Shown: positions 40,101-52,100 of the stretch, one piece after another
Position numbering within the stretch: the first letter of the stretch is position 1
How the letters are laid out: every line of letters begins with the position of its first letter
Assembly (NCBI GenBank): GCA_963693095.2
Contig: OY843768.1
Location: 512,001-576,000 of the forward strand
Reading direction: 5' to 3'
Origin: Cenarchaeum sp.
Lineage (GTDB): Archaea; Thermoproteota; Nitrososphaeria; Nitrososphaerales; Nitrosopumilaceae
DNA length: 64,000 nucleotides
Notes under the pieces: model-generated
The model's input: only the letters and a program-made list of their open reading frames with translations
Told to the model about the DNA's origin: nothing
Database searches by the model: none
Position numbers and translations under genes: made by a program

Positions 40101-43100
40101 CGGCAGTGCCGGTAACGTTTGAGGACACGCTGACCCTGCTCCACGCCGCGCACGCCGGCCCCGGCGCGCCAGAAGTCGAGTACGTCAGGTTCGACGACGA
40201 GCGCCTGCGCTCCAGCGGCGTGGCCCTCGGCGAGCCGTTCCCGCCAGTGCCTGTGGTGACCGGCGCACAGACTGTGAGCCTGGAGACGACAGTCGTCACG
40301 CTCAACACCGAGGTCACCGGCTCGACGTCTGCGCGCCAGTGGACCATCACGGACAGCGCATCTGGCGCGACGTCCGCGCGCGCGCTGGGGGTGGCCCCCG
40401 GTGACGTCACCGACGGCGCGACTGCGCCCACTGCTGACACCGCACTGGACGGCTCGACGCCAGTGTCCGTATCGTCCTCCACAATCACGCTCCTCCACGC
40501 GCCGCTCTCCTCGGCGGCCTCGACTCCGGTCGTGTCGTATGCGCATACCGGCACCGAGCGCCTCTCGACCCTTGGAGGAACGCTGGCCGCCACGGCATCC
40601 CCGCACGTGACGGCAACAGACGGGATCGCGCCTGCATCACTGGCGTCATTTGAGGGCTACAGGACGATTCGCGTGGCGTTTGGGGAGGCACTCTCGGCGA
40701 CACCCTCGGAGATCGCGGGGTACGCGTACACCGTCACGGTTCCAGACGGCGCCACGGGTATAGTCGATGGGGATGACCTGCCCGATGAGGTGGCCGTTCT
40801 GGCCGCCTCGACGTCGTATGACGCCGCGACGTTCACGCTCTCCCTGGTGCTCGCAGGCTTTGCGACTGACGGCGTCACGTACACGGTGGGCCTGCCCGAC
40901 GAGGCGGGGCTCAACGACATGGGAGGCAACGCGCCGGCAACTGGCGGCCTGGGGGCCGAGTACGACGCGCCGCCGCCAGACACAGTCGCGCCGACGATCG
41001 TCTCGGCGACGCTCACCTCTGCGTCGGGCATAAGGGTGGTCCTAAGCGAGGCCACAATCGGAAGCGTCGTGCCCTCCGAGTGGGACGCCGGCGAGGGCAC
41101 GACTATCGCCTCTGGGACCCTCTCAGGGAGCACGCTGACACTTGTCATCGATCCGCCCCGCCGGTCAACCGGAGTTGAGGCCGGCGTGGTGCTAGCCTAC
41201 GCCGGCTCGTCGATCATTGACCTCTCGCCGGAGGCCAACGCGCTAGTCGACGGCTCCAGTCCGCTAGTCGACGGCGCGCCGCCCATGGCCACGGCGATTG
41301 CCGTGAGCCTTCCGGGCCACTCGCCCTCGACGCACACGTCTGCTGCGCTTGTCAGGTTTAGCGAGCCGGTCTCAGAAAAGTCAGGCTCAGACAAGCCAGA
41401 CTCAGACAAACCAGACTCAGACAAGCCCGGCTCAGGCGAGTCAGCCCCCCTTACCTCGGAGATTAACCCCGGCACGCCCAACAGCGCAACACCCCGGCAC
41501 GTGGCCCCCTCGTTCATTGACAGGGGTTTGCCCTCAGTCAGCACCCTGCTTGCTGCTGACGACAAGATTACCACTGTTGAGCTGTCTGACACGGTGAGCG
41601 CGGCAATCGTGTTCCCCCCAAACCTTGGCACCAATGCGATCAACCTCGCGGGAGGAACGTCGATGTCCATTGGCGGCCCTGCGGATAGCGCGGGCAATGT
41701 GCTGCCAACGACGACTATTGTGGTGGGAGCCCAAGAGCTTGCGCCGCCGACATTCTCGGCCACTGCCACGGGACTCACGACAACCGTTGTCACGTTTAGC
41801 GATCGCATTGCGGGAACGACGCTGAACACGGACTGGCGCGTCGCCGGCTCTGTGGCCTCCTCTGTGTCGCCCGCGCTGAGCTATGGGCCGTCCACAAGCT
41901 CGCTCATACGACCAGTGTGGACCACCGAGCTGACGCTCACGCACGCGCCCCTCACGTCACCCTACACGCCAACGGTATCGTACACGCAGCCGTCCGGCCA
42001 GCGCGCCGTGCTGCTCTATGACGACCATCGAAACGCGATAGCGTCCGCGTCGACTGTGGCAACCAACGCCGTGAGGATTCCACTGGAGGCAACGGTTCGC
42101 ACAGTCGACGCGACGACTACGCAATTGACGTTTGCCTTGGCGCTGGCCGGCACGATCGACGTGCGCAACTGGGCGGTCCTGGATGATGACGACCTGGATC
42201 CGGCGACATCTGAGGCACGAGTCGTGTCAGGCATTGCGCTCGGCACAGCCGACGGAGCGCCTGCGGCCACGATTGGGCAGCCACACACGATCGCCGCAGG
42301 CTCAACCGAGACTGTGCTCCTGATCACGCACGACGACCTCTCTTCGACCTCCTCGACTCCGACTGTGACATACACGGCTCTGGACTCTGGCGGGCTGCGC
42401 TTTGGCACGCTGCCCATACTCACAGGAACGCTAGAGGCCGCCGACGGCGCGCCGCCGGAGGTGGTGTCGGCCTCGTTCACCTCCGGCGAGAGCATGGCCG
42501 TCACGTTCTCCGAGGACGTGACCGAGGTGACCACGGTGGACACGGGAGACGGCTGGACCGTCACCGGCACTGCCAACCTCTTCGTTACGGAGGCCGAGCG
42601 CACGGGGCCGGCCACGTACACGCTCACGCTACTCGCCGGTGCGGTGAGCGGCAGGACGTACACGGTTAATGCGGCCAACGGGATCAATGACCTCGCAGAC
42701 CCCGCAAACACGATAGGCGATGCGGCTAGCGCGACGGCGACATACATGACGCCATTCTCTGCGGCAACGCAGACGCTGACTACGACAGTCGTGACGTTCC
42801 AGAGCGCTCCGAGCGGAAGGCTCAACCTGCTCCAGTGGACGGTGACTGACGATGACGACGGTGATACAGGGACATCCGAGGCGAGGGCGATATCATCGCT
42901 CGTGCTAGGCTCCGTGTCAGTGGATGCGTCACTGCAGACATCCGCCCCAATAGGGACATCGAGCACGGCAGCAGAGATGACGATCACGCACGCGGCGCTC
43001 TCCTCGACGGGATCTACGCCCACTGTCACGCACAATATTGACAGGATGGCCTTCGAGCAGGGTGGACCGGGCAACCCCACCGGACTCTCTGTCCCATACC

Positions 43101-46100
43101 ATGTCGCCGAGGCCGCCGACAGGGTGCTGCCGACGTTCGAGGCCGAGCTGACCTCGGCGAGCACCGTGAGGATCCTCCTTGCCGAGGCCGTCACCGGCGC
43201 GACGGCGCCGGCCGAGTGGGCAGTGGGCGGCTCGTCAGTCGCGTCGCTCTCGCTTGCGGCCGACGGGGATCCAGAGACCGGCAGCCTGGCGATCAGCACG
43301 GCCACAGACGAGCTGTTCATCACGCTAGAATCCGCGCGCGCAAGCACCGCCCTCGGCGGCCTGACGGCCCCTGGCGTCACGTACACGCGCCCGTCCACGG
43401 GCACCAACACGATCGAGGACGCCGCGCGCAACGCCCTCGGCACGGCCGGCACCGCCGTGGCGGCCACGGCCCTGGAGGACAAGGCGCCGCCGACGTTCAC
43501 GGTCAAGGGGTCGAACAGCGACAACTTTGACTTCACCCACACCGTGACCTTCTCCGAGCCGGTCATGCTTGCCGCCGGCAAGGATGAGCCGACACATGAC
43601 GACTGGACGTTCACCGGCTCCGGCCGCTCCTCAGATCGCAGGATTCGTGGGGGCACGTTTGCGATCACGCCTGGGGCGTACTCGGCCCCTGACCTCGACG
43701 CCAATTCGCCCGCCAGCGGCTATACCCTCAGCCTGGACGAGGACAAGGCAACGATGGTGCCAGAACGCGGATTCTACGGCCGGCGCAGCATCTCATTCGA
43801 TCGTATTATCGGCACGATCACGCTCACGTTTAGCGCAACCCACGCCGACAGGATGGGCTCGATAGTCGATGCGAACAACAACGCGCTGGCCGACGGGACC
43901 TCGGTAGCGACGGAGCAGGACACGACGGCGCCGGACTTTACTGCCGTCACGGCCTCCCTGACGAGCACGAGGGTGCTGTTCACCGAGGCAGTCACGGGCA
44001 CGGCGCGCGCGACTGACTGGTCGATCTCTGACGGGGGCTCGACGATAGCCATCACGGGAATTCAGGGCCTAACGCCCGGCGGCGTTCCCACCTCGGTGAC
44101 CGAGCTCCTGAATCCTGGTAGCATTTTGTTCCTCCACAATACGCTCGACTCGACGGGCTCGATGCCGACAGTCTCGTACACGCGGCCGTCAGTGCCGGGG
44201 GCCGGTGAGCTGAAAGACCGCGCGGACAACTACATGGGCACCGCCGGCACGGCGCTGCAGCGTGTTGCGGCAGACGGGATCACGCCGGTTGCGAACGCGG
44301 GCCGCTTTACGGAGGCCAACATTGTCGAGGTTGACTTTAGCGAGGCCATGGCGGTGCCGACCACGCCAACGCTGACGGCCACGCTCGAGGGCACGGGAAC
44401 CGCCATAATGGACGACGGCAGCCCGACGCTCTCCACACCGACTGGCGGCGTGGCCGACTCGCGCCTGACGTTCACGCTGGTATCCAACGCCGCGCCGGGC
44501 GCCCACACGCTGGACCTGTCGACTGCCATAAAGGACGCCAATGGCGTGAGGGTGGCCGGCACCGCCGAGCTGTCCGGCGTGCGCTACGAGAATGTGGGAC
44601 CGACGCTGGTCCGCGCGCAGTTTGCCGCCGACTCCCAGAGCGCGACCCTGCTCTTCAACGAGGCGATAAGGTCGCCTCTGCCGGCGGGCCTGACGTTCAC
44701 GCCGGACGCCACGCCGGCCATCACTGTCGGCACGCCGTCACTCGACGATCGCACGATAACGATTCCGGTGACGTCTGACATCACGGGCGCCGATGACGAG
44801 ACGGTCTACGTGCTGAGGGTCGGCGGCACGGGCGCAATAGAGGACCTCCTCGGCAACGACTATGACGCCTCGTCCCCCGTGCGCATAACGTACGACTCGA
44901 CGGCCCCGACGTTCACCGCCGAGATCACCGGCCCGAGGACCATAGTCCTGACGTTCACCGACATCCTCGCGCCCGAGACAGTCACGTCCCCCAACTTTTC
45001 GGTGAGGTCGACTGACGGCCCTGTCCAGCTGGGCGGCACAAGCCGTGTCGACTATACCGCAGGCGAAAGGACAGTCACGCTCAACCTCCAAGGAGACGCG
45101 TCGGCGGCGGTCCACACGGTCACGCCGACGGCAGGGCTGGCCAACGCCGCATACCTGCCGTACGCCGCCGGCGGCGTCGTGGCCACGCGTGCTGACGCGC
45201 CGACGGCGACTGGCGTGGCCTATGCGGTCCTCGAGGGGACAACGGGCACAGCGAGGGCGTCCCCGTACGAGTCGCACGCGCGCGCCGGCGACACGATCCG
45301 GCTGTCGATCACGCTTGGCGGCGAGGCGCGCTCGGCGAGCGTGCTCTTTGTGGGCAAGACGGACCCTGCTGACGCCGTCGCGATGACCCGCGTTGGTTCG
45401 ACAAACGAGTGGCGCGCGCCGTATGTCGTAGAGACGACAGGAGACATAGACGGCGCGTTCACGTTTGACGCGACGGTCACGGCAGCCTCGGGCGCGACGA
45501 GCACGCTGGACGAGGCGACGTTCGCCACGCCTGCGCCGCCGACGATCGACCGCGTCGCTCCGGTGGCTACCGTGACGACGAGCGTGCGGCTCAAGGACGC
45601 GAGTGCTGATTCGGCATCGGGCACCGCGGCTAGCATCGGCGACGAGGTCCGCGTCAACGTAGCGGCCAACGAGCCGCTCATCACGTCCAACGGCGACATT
45701 GCGCTCTTTGGCCGCACCGGCGGGAGCGTCGTGGACGCCGACTCGGTTGACGTCGGCACGTCCAACGCGTACTCGTACGTGCGCACGATAGTCGACTCGG
45801 ACGCCAGCGGCCCGCTCGCCTTCAGCCTGATGATACGTGACAGGGCCGGCAACACCTCGGCGCTCACGCAGGCCAACGTGGCCTCGAACGTGGAGGTCGA
45901 CGTCGACGCGCCAGAGCTCTCCTCGGCGGCCACGACGTCGACCACGATGCTCACAGTCACGCTGTCAGAGGCCGTCACGGGAACGAGCGTCGACGGCGAC
46001 TGGGCAGTCGCCGGCGCCACCAACGTCGCAGTTAGCCCCTTCTCGGGCAGCACGACGACGATCACGCTCACGTACACGGATACCGAGGACACGTCATTCG

Positions 46101-49100
46101 CGCCGACAGTCACGTACTCGGGCACGGCCCTGGCCGACTCGGCCCGCAACGCGCTGGGCACAGGACAGGTGACGGCGGCCGACGGCGTGGCGCCGGCGGT
46201 AACCAGGGTCGAATTTGCGGCCGACGGCAACGGCGTGACGCTGACCTTTGGCGAGGCGCTCGGCGCGCTGCCCTCCGGGGTCACATTTGCGCTGACAAGC
46301 GCGGACGCGCAGGATCCCACTGCCGGCACGGCGAGCTCCTCGGGCAGCGCAGTAACGATCCCGCTGGCGCCCGGCGTCTCGGGCGCGGCTGACGGGACGG
46401 TGTACACGCTGACGGTCGGCGGCGCGGGCGCCATAGAGGACGCAAACGGCAACGCGTACGTCCCGGACCCCGCCAACGACCCCATCGAGGTGACATACGA
46501 CACGACTGCGCCGACGTTCAGCGCCGAGTTCACCGGCGCGCGCACGATTGTCCTCACGTTTGATGACGTCCTCGCCGCGGCGACAGTCGTTGCGGCCAAC
46601 TTTGGCGTGACGGTGCCCAACGCGGTTTCCGGCGGCGTCCCCGTCAGCGTCGCGCTGGACTCCACAAACCCCGTCGCCCACACGCCCGGCTCGAAGACAG
46701 TCACGCTCACGCTCGCAGGGGACGCTACGCGGGACGTGGTCCACACCATCACGCCGACGACCTCGCTGACCAACGCGGCGCACGTGGCGTACGGCACCGC
46801 CGGCGTCACGGCCGCGTTCGAGCCGAGTATGATCACGGCCTCGGCTGTGGGCCTGACGACGACGCTCGTGACGTTCAGCGTCAGCGCGCAGGGCGATGCG
46901 CTCTCGGGCACGCTCGACGTCGATAACTGGACGGTCACCGAGAACGACGCGGCCGACGCCGCGGCCAACGTGGCGCTCAGGACACTGAGCGTGGCCACGG
47001 CGCAAGGCGGCGTCCCGACGTCGACTGTGGCGACGCCCGAGACGACAACGGGAGCCGATGACGCAGTCACGCCTGGCATACCGTCGAGCCCGGCGGCCAC
47101 GCAGCTCCTCATCACGCACCCCGCACTCTCCTCGACGGCGGCGACGCCGCGCGTCGACTACGCCGGAGGCGACCTGAGGGTCAGCGGCGTCAAGGTGCCC
47201 AACATGGGCGTCGAGGCAGCGGACGGGATAATGCCCACTGCCAAGGCGGCCTTTGTGGGCCGCACGCTGACGGTAACGTTCAGCGAGCCGGTCAACGGCG
47301 TGCCGGCCACGCTGCAGGTCACGCCGCCGGGAGCCGCGGCGACCACGCCGACGTTCGACCACAACGACGGCGACAGCACGGCCACGGTGACGCTGGGTGA
47401 GGCCACGGCGGTAGGGACATGGCGCGTCGCCATACCGTCGGCCGTCACCGACTCGAGAGGCAACCCCGTTGCGTCTGGCACCGTGGCCGAGGCGGTGGTC
47501 TTGGCTGCGCCGGGGATTGATGGAGATCCAGAGTTCACGGCCCTTCCGCCCACCGGTGATGCCCTGCGGCCGTTCCCGTACCAGAACCATGCCCGCATAG
47601 GCGACCGGATACAGGTCACGCTCTCGCTCGACGGGAACGTCAGGACGCCTCCGACGATCGTCTTTGTGGGCAAGACCGACGATCCGAGCACGCCGCTAGT
47701 CGACGAGTCGGGCATGGTGCCCATGACGCGGGGTGCGGGCGCGCGCGAGTGGACCGCGAGGTACACAGTCGAGACCAGGGAGCAGAACCCTGGCCTGGCC
47801 GACGGCGCTTTCACGTACATTGCCACGGTCACAAGCGACACGGGTAACGAGGGCACCATTACTGGATCAGGCACTGCCGTTCCGCTAACGATCGACCGCA
47901 CGCCGCCGACGCTCTCCTCGGCGGCCACGAAGACGACGGGGACGCTGGCAGTCACGCTGTCAGAGACCGTCACGGGAGCCGGCGTCACCACCGAGTGGTC
48001 GGCAGCCGACGGCGGCACGGCGGCGATGGTCACCGGCGTGGGCGTCTCGGGCAGCACGGTGACGCTCACGTACGGCACGGTCGACGACACGTCATTCACG
48101 CCGACAGTGAGGTACACCGGCACGGGCCTGCTCGACTTGGCCGGCCACGCCATAGCGCTTGATGACACGACGTCTGAGGCCACGATAGCTGCCACTGACG
48201 GCGTAAAGCCGGCCATAGAGCTCGCCACGTTCACGGCGCCCAACAGGATATCGGTGGCGTTCAGCGAGGCCGTGGACGACGTCTCCTCGGAGGGGACGGC
48301 CGACTGGACCGTGACTGCAACGGAAGGCGACCTCACGGTGAACAGCGTCGGCTTTGACTCTCCGGCGACGTACACGCTCACGCTGGGTACCAGCGCGGTG
48401 ACTGAAAGGACATACACCGTCAACGTCGCCGACACGATCGACGACCTTGCCACGCCGACGCACAACAGGGTCGAGGCCGGCGAGTCTGCCATGGTGTCGT
48501 ACACGGTGCCGTTCTTTTCGGCCGAGACGAGATCCGACAGGACTGTCCTCGTCACGTTTGGCGGCTCGCTCACGGGCACGACGGCGCCATCGGAGTGGCG
48601 CGTTGGCACGGCGATGCCTGAGCGCATCGCGGTGGGGAGCGGCAGTGCTGTTCAGGGCACGTCGACGCTGTCTGCTGACGCAGAGATCACGCTCCACCTG
48701 GCAGGCGATGACGCGCTGGCCCACACGTCGGCCACGCCCACGGTGTCGTACACCAGGCCGACTGGCACGGGCGCCAACACGCTGAGAGACGCCGGCACCA
48801 TCGCGCAGGGCACCGCCGGCACGCCAGTCACGGTGACGGCGACGGACAAGGCCCCGCCGACGTTCACGGCGCACACGCTGACGACGGCGACGATAACCGT
48901 CACGTTCAGCGAGCTGATACACAACACGAGTTCACACAATAATCACACCCCCTGGCGAGCCGTGGGGAACTGGGACGTGGACGGCGCCGCGCCAAGCGCC
49001 CTGACCGCGGCCAACGTTACGCAGGGCGGTCCCACGCACACGGTCTTTACGCTCACCGTGGCGACCCTTGGCGTGGACGACATGCCCACGGTCACCTATA

Positions 49101-52100
49101 GCCGCCCCGCCTCCAACTATCTCGCCGACGCGCTGTTTGCCAGCAGATTGTCAGAAGACAATGCCAATAACAACCCGATTCCGGACGGCGCGTCGGCGAT
49201 AGCCTCTGACGGCATCGCCGCCACGGTAGACCCCTTCACGGCCGCCACGAGAAGCCTCACGACGACGCTCGTCACGTTTGACGGCGGCGCGCTGGCCGGC
49301 ACCCTCGACGTGGACGATTGGACGGTCACGGACAACGACACCGGCTCGGCCGACGCGGAGCCGGCGATATCGAGCGTGGCGACGGTGGCCGCCTCCGGCT
49401 CGGTGACGGCGACGCCCGAGACCTCGGCGGGGGCCGGTGATGCGGTAACACCGGCCATACCGTCGAGCCCTGCGGCTACGCAGCTCCTCATCACGCACGG
49501 GCCGCTCTCCTCGACGGCGGCCACGCCGCGCGTCGCGTACGCCGGAGGCGACCTTGACGAGGGGAGCGCCGACGTGGCCGACGGCGGTGCCGACGCGACT
49601 GACGGCGCGCCGCCGACGTTCACGGCCCATGAGGCGACTGAGGCCGAGGAGGCACTCGTCGGCGTCACGGACGACGACGGCCGCGCGCTGTACGCCGTCT
49701 ACACGGCCCGCATGTCCGAGGCGATGGACGCGACGGACTTTGCGACAACGCCTAGCGGCGCGGACGGGCAGTGGGCCGTGACGCTCGGGACGGCCACAGC
49801 GGCAGTCGACAGGGTCGCCCGCGCCGCCGCGGCCGACCCGGCGCCCGACAGGGTCGTCGTCAGGTCGTCCTCGACGTTCACGCCGCTGTTCCCGATCCCG
49901 GAGGGCAGCCCGACGCTGACGTACACGATGTCCTCCGCAGCCCTGGCGCTGGCCGACGCGGCCGGCGTGCAGATGAAATCGCCGACGAGAGCGGCGGTCA
50001 CGCCGGCACCAGTCGTGCCGCCGTTTGCCGCCGAGACGCGCAGCGCAACGACTACGCTCGTGACCTTTGACGGCGGCGACCTGGGCGGAGCGCTCGCAGT
50101 CGCCGACTGGTCGCTCGTGGACAGCGAGGGGCTGGTGTCGAGCCTGGTCGCGCTGGTCGTGGAGACCGTCACGACCGACCCCGCCGACTCTGTCAGGTCG
50201 AACACGGTCGGCACGCCCCACGGCGCGGCGGTGGCCTCGGTGCAGGTGGGCGCGTCGCCGGCCGTCACGCAGATCCTCATCACGCACCCCGAGCTCTCCT
50301 CTACGGCGTCCACGCCGACGGTCTTGTACAGGGGGACGGGCCTGACCGAGGGCGGGACCGCCGTGACGCTCGGCGACGCGGTGGCAGCCGACGGCGCGCC
50401 GCCGACGTTTGAGGCCGAGCTGGCCTCGGCGAGCACCGTGAGGATCATCTTTAGCGAGCGTGTCAACGGCACGACGGCGCAGGGCGAGTGGGCAGTGGCT
50501 GGCTCTGTGGTCAGCTCGGTCGCGCCGCCCGCGGCCACGGAGGTCGTCCTCGCGCTCGCCTCGGCGCGTGCAGGCACCGACCTCGGCGGCCTGGACGCCT
50601 CGGGCGTCACGTACACGCGCCCGACGGTGGGCGCCAACACGATCCAGGATGACGCGGACAACCACCTCGCCACCAATGCGGGCGACACGGTGACAGCAGA
50701 GCACGTTACTGACAAGATCGCCCCGACGGCGACGGTGACTGCGACTGTGAGGCTCGAGGGCGAGGGTGCTGACCATGCGACAGTCACAACGGCCGGAATC
50801 GACGACGACGTCCGCATCAACGTCGTGGCCAGCGAGCCGCTAGTCACGACCGTCGGTGACATTGCGCTCTTTGGGACGTCGACTGACGCCGACTCGGTGG
50901 ACACTGCGGCGGGCAACGCGTACTCGTACGTGCGCACGATACTCGACTCGGACGCCAGCGGTCCACTTGCGTTTACCCTGACGATAAGCGACAGTGAAGG
51001 CAACGAGGCGACGCTCACGCAGGCCGACGTGGCCTCGAACGTGACAGTCGACTCTGACGCGCCGACGTTCAGCGCAAGCCTCACGTCGGCTAGCACGGTA
51101 AAGATCACCTTTGGCGAGGACGTCGACGGCACGACGGCGTTCGGCGAGTGGGCAGTGGCCGGCTCGGCCCCCGAGTCGCTCTCGCTGACAGAGGACGGGA
51201 CGGCCGTGACGGGCGACCTGTCGATCACCACGGCCACCGGCGAGCTCTACATCACGCTCGCCGTCGCGCGCGCAAGCACCGACCTCGGCGGCCTGACTGC
51301 ATCGGGCGTCACGTACGCCCCCCGCAGCACGGGCGCGCTGGCCGACGTGGTGAACAACGCGTTCGTGACAGTCAGCGGCAAGGTTGCGGCCACGGCCGTA
51401 GCCGACAGGGCGCCGCCGACGCTCATCGCCGAGAGGCCGTCGCTGGACCGCACAAGCTATACCCACACCGTGACCTTCTCCGAGCCGGTAATGCTGGCGT
51501 CAGGCAAGGCGCTGCCCGAGCCGGCGGACTGGGAGTTCTCCGGCCGGACCAGCCTGGGAGACAACCCTGTGACGTTTGCAGCCCAGACGGGAGCATACAG
51601 CTCCGAGGCGGCCCTTGGCTATGCCATCGACCTGGGCACAGACGACAGGGTGACGCTGGTCCCGCAGGAGCCCTCAAGAAGGGACCAACGCGTTAATGGC
51701 GCTCCCGCGTTCAGGCAAATCGCCCCGGCCACGGTCATGATCACCTTTGACGCGCAGGCCGACGGCAGGGTCGGCTCGATCGTCGACGCCGAGGGCAACG
51801 CGCTGGCCGAGGGGGTCTCGACGCCGGTGGGCGACTTTACGGCGCCGACGTTCACGGCCAGGACGCAAAGCCTGACGGTCACGGAGGTCTCGTTCAGCGA
51901 GGCCGTCACGGGCACGGCGCGAGCGCAGGACTGGTCGGTCTCCGGAACGCAGGTCACCGGCGTCTCTGACACCCGTGGCGGCGCAGGCTCGGCCACCCTC
52001 GAGCTCACCGGCGAGTCGTTGATGTACCTCGTCCACGCCGACCTCGCCTCGACTGGCGACGAGCCGGCGGTGTCGTACACGCGCCCGTCCGTGTCGGGGA

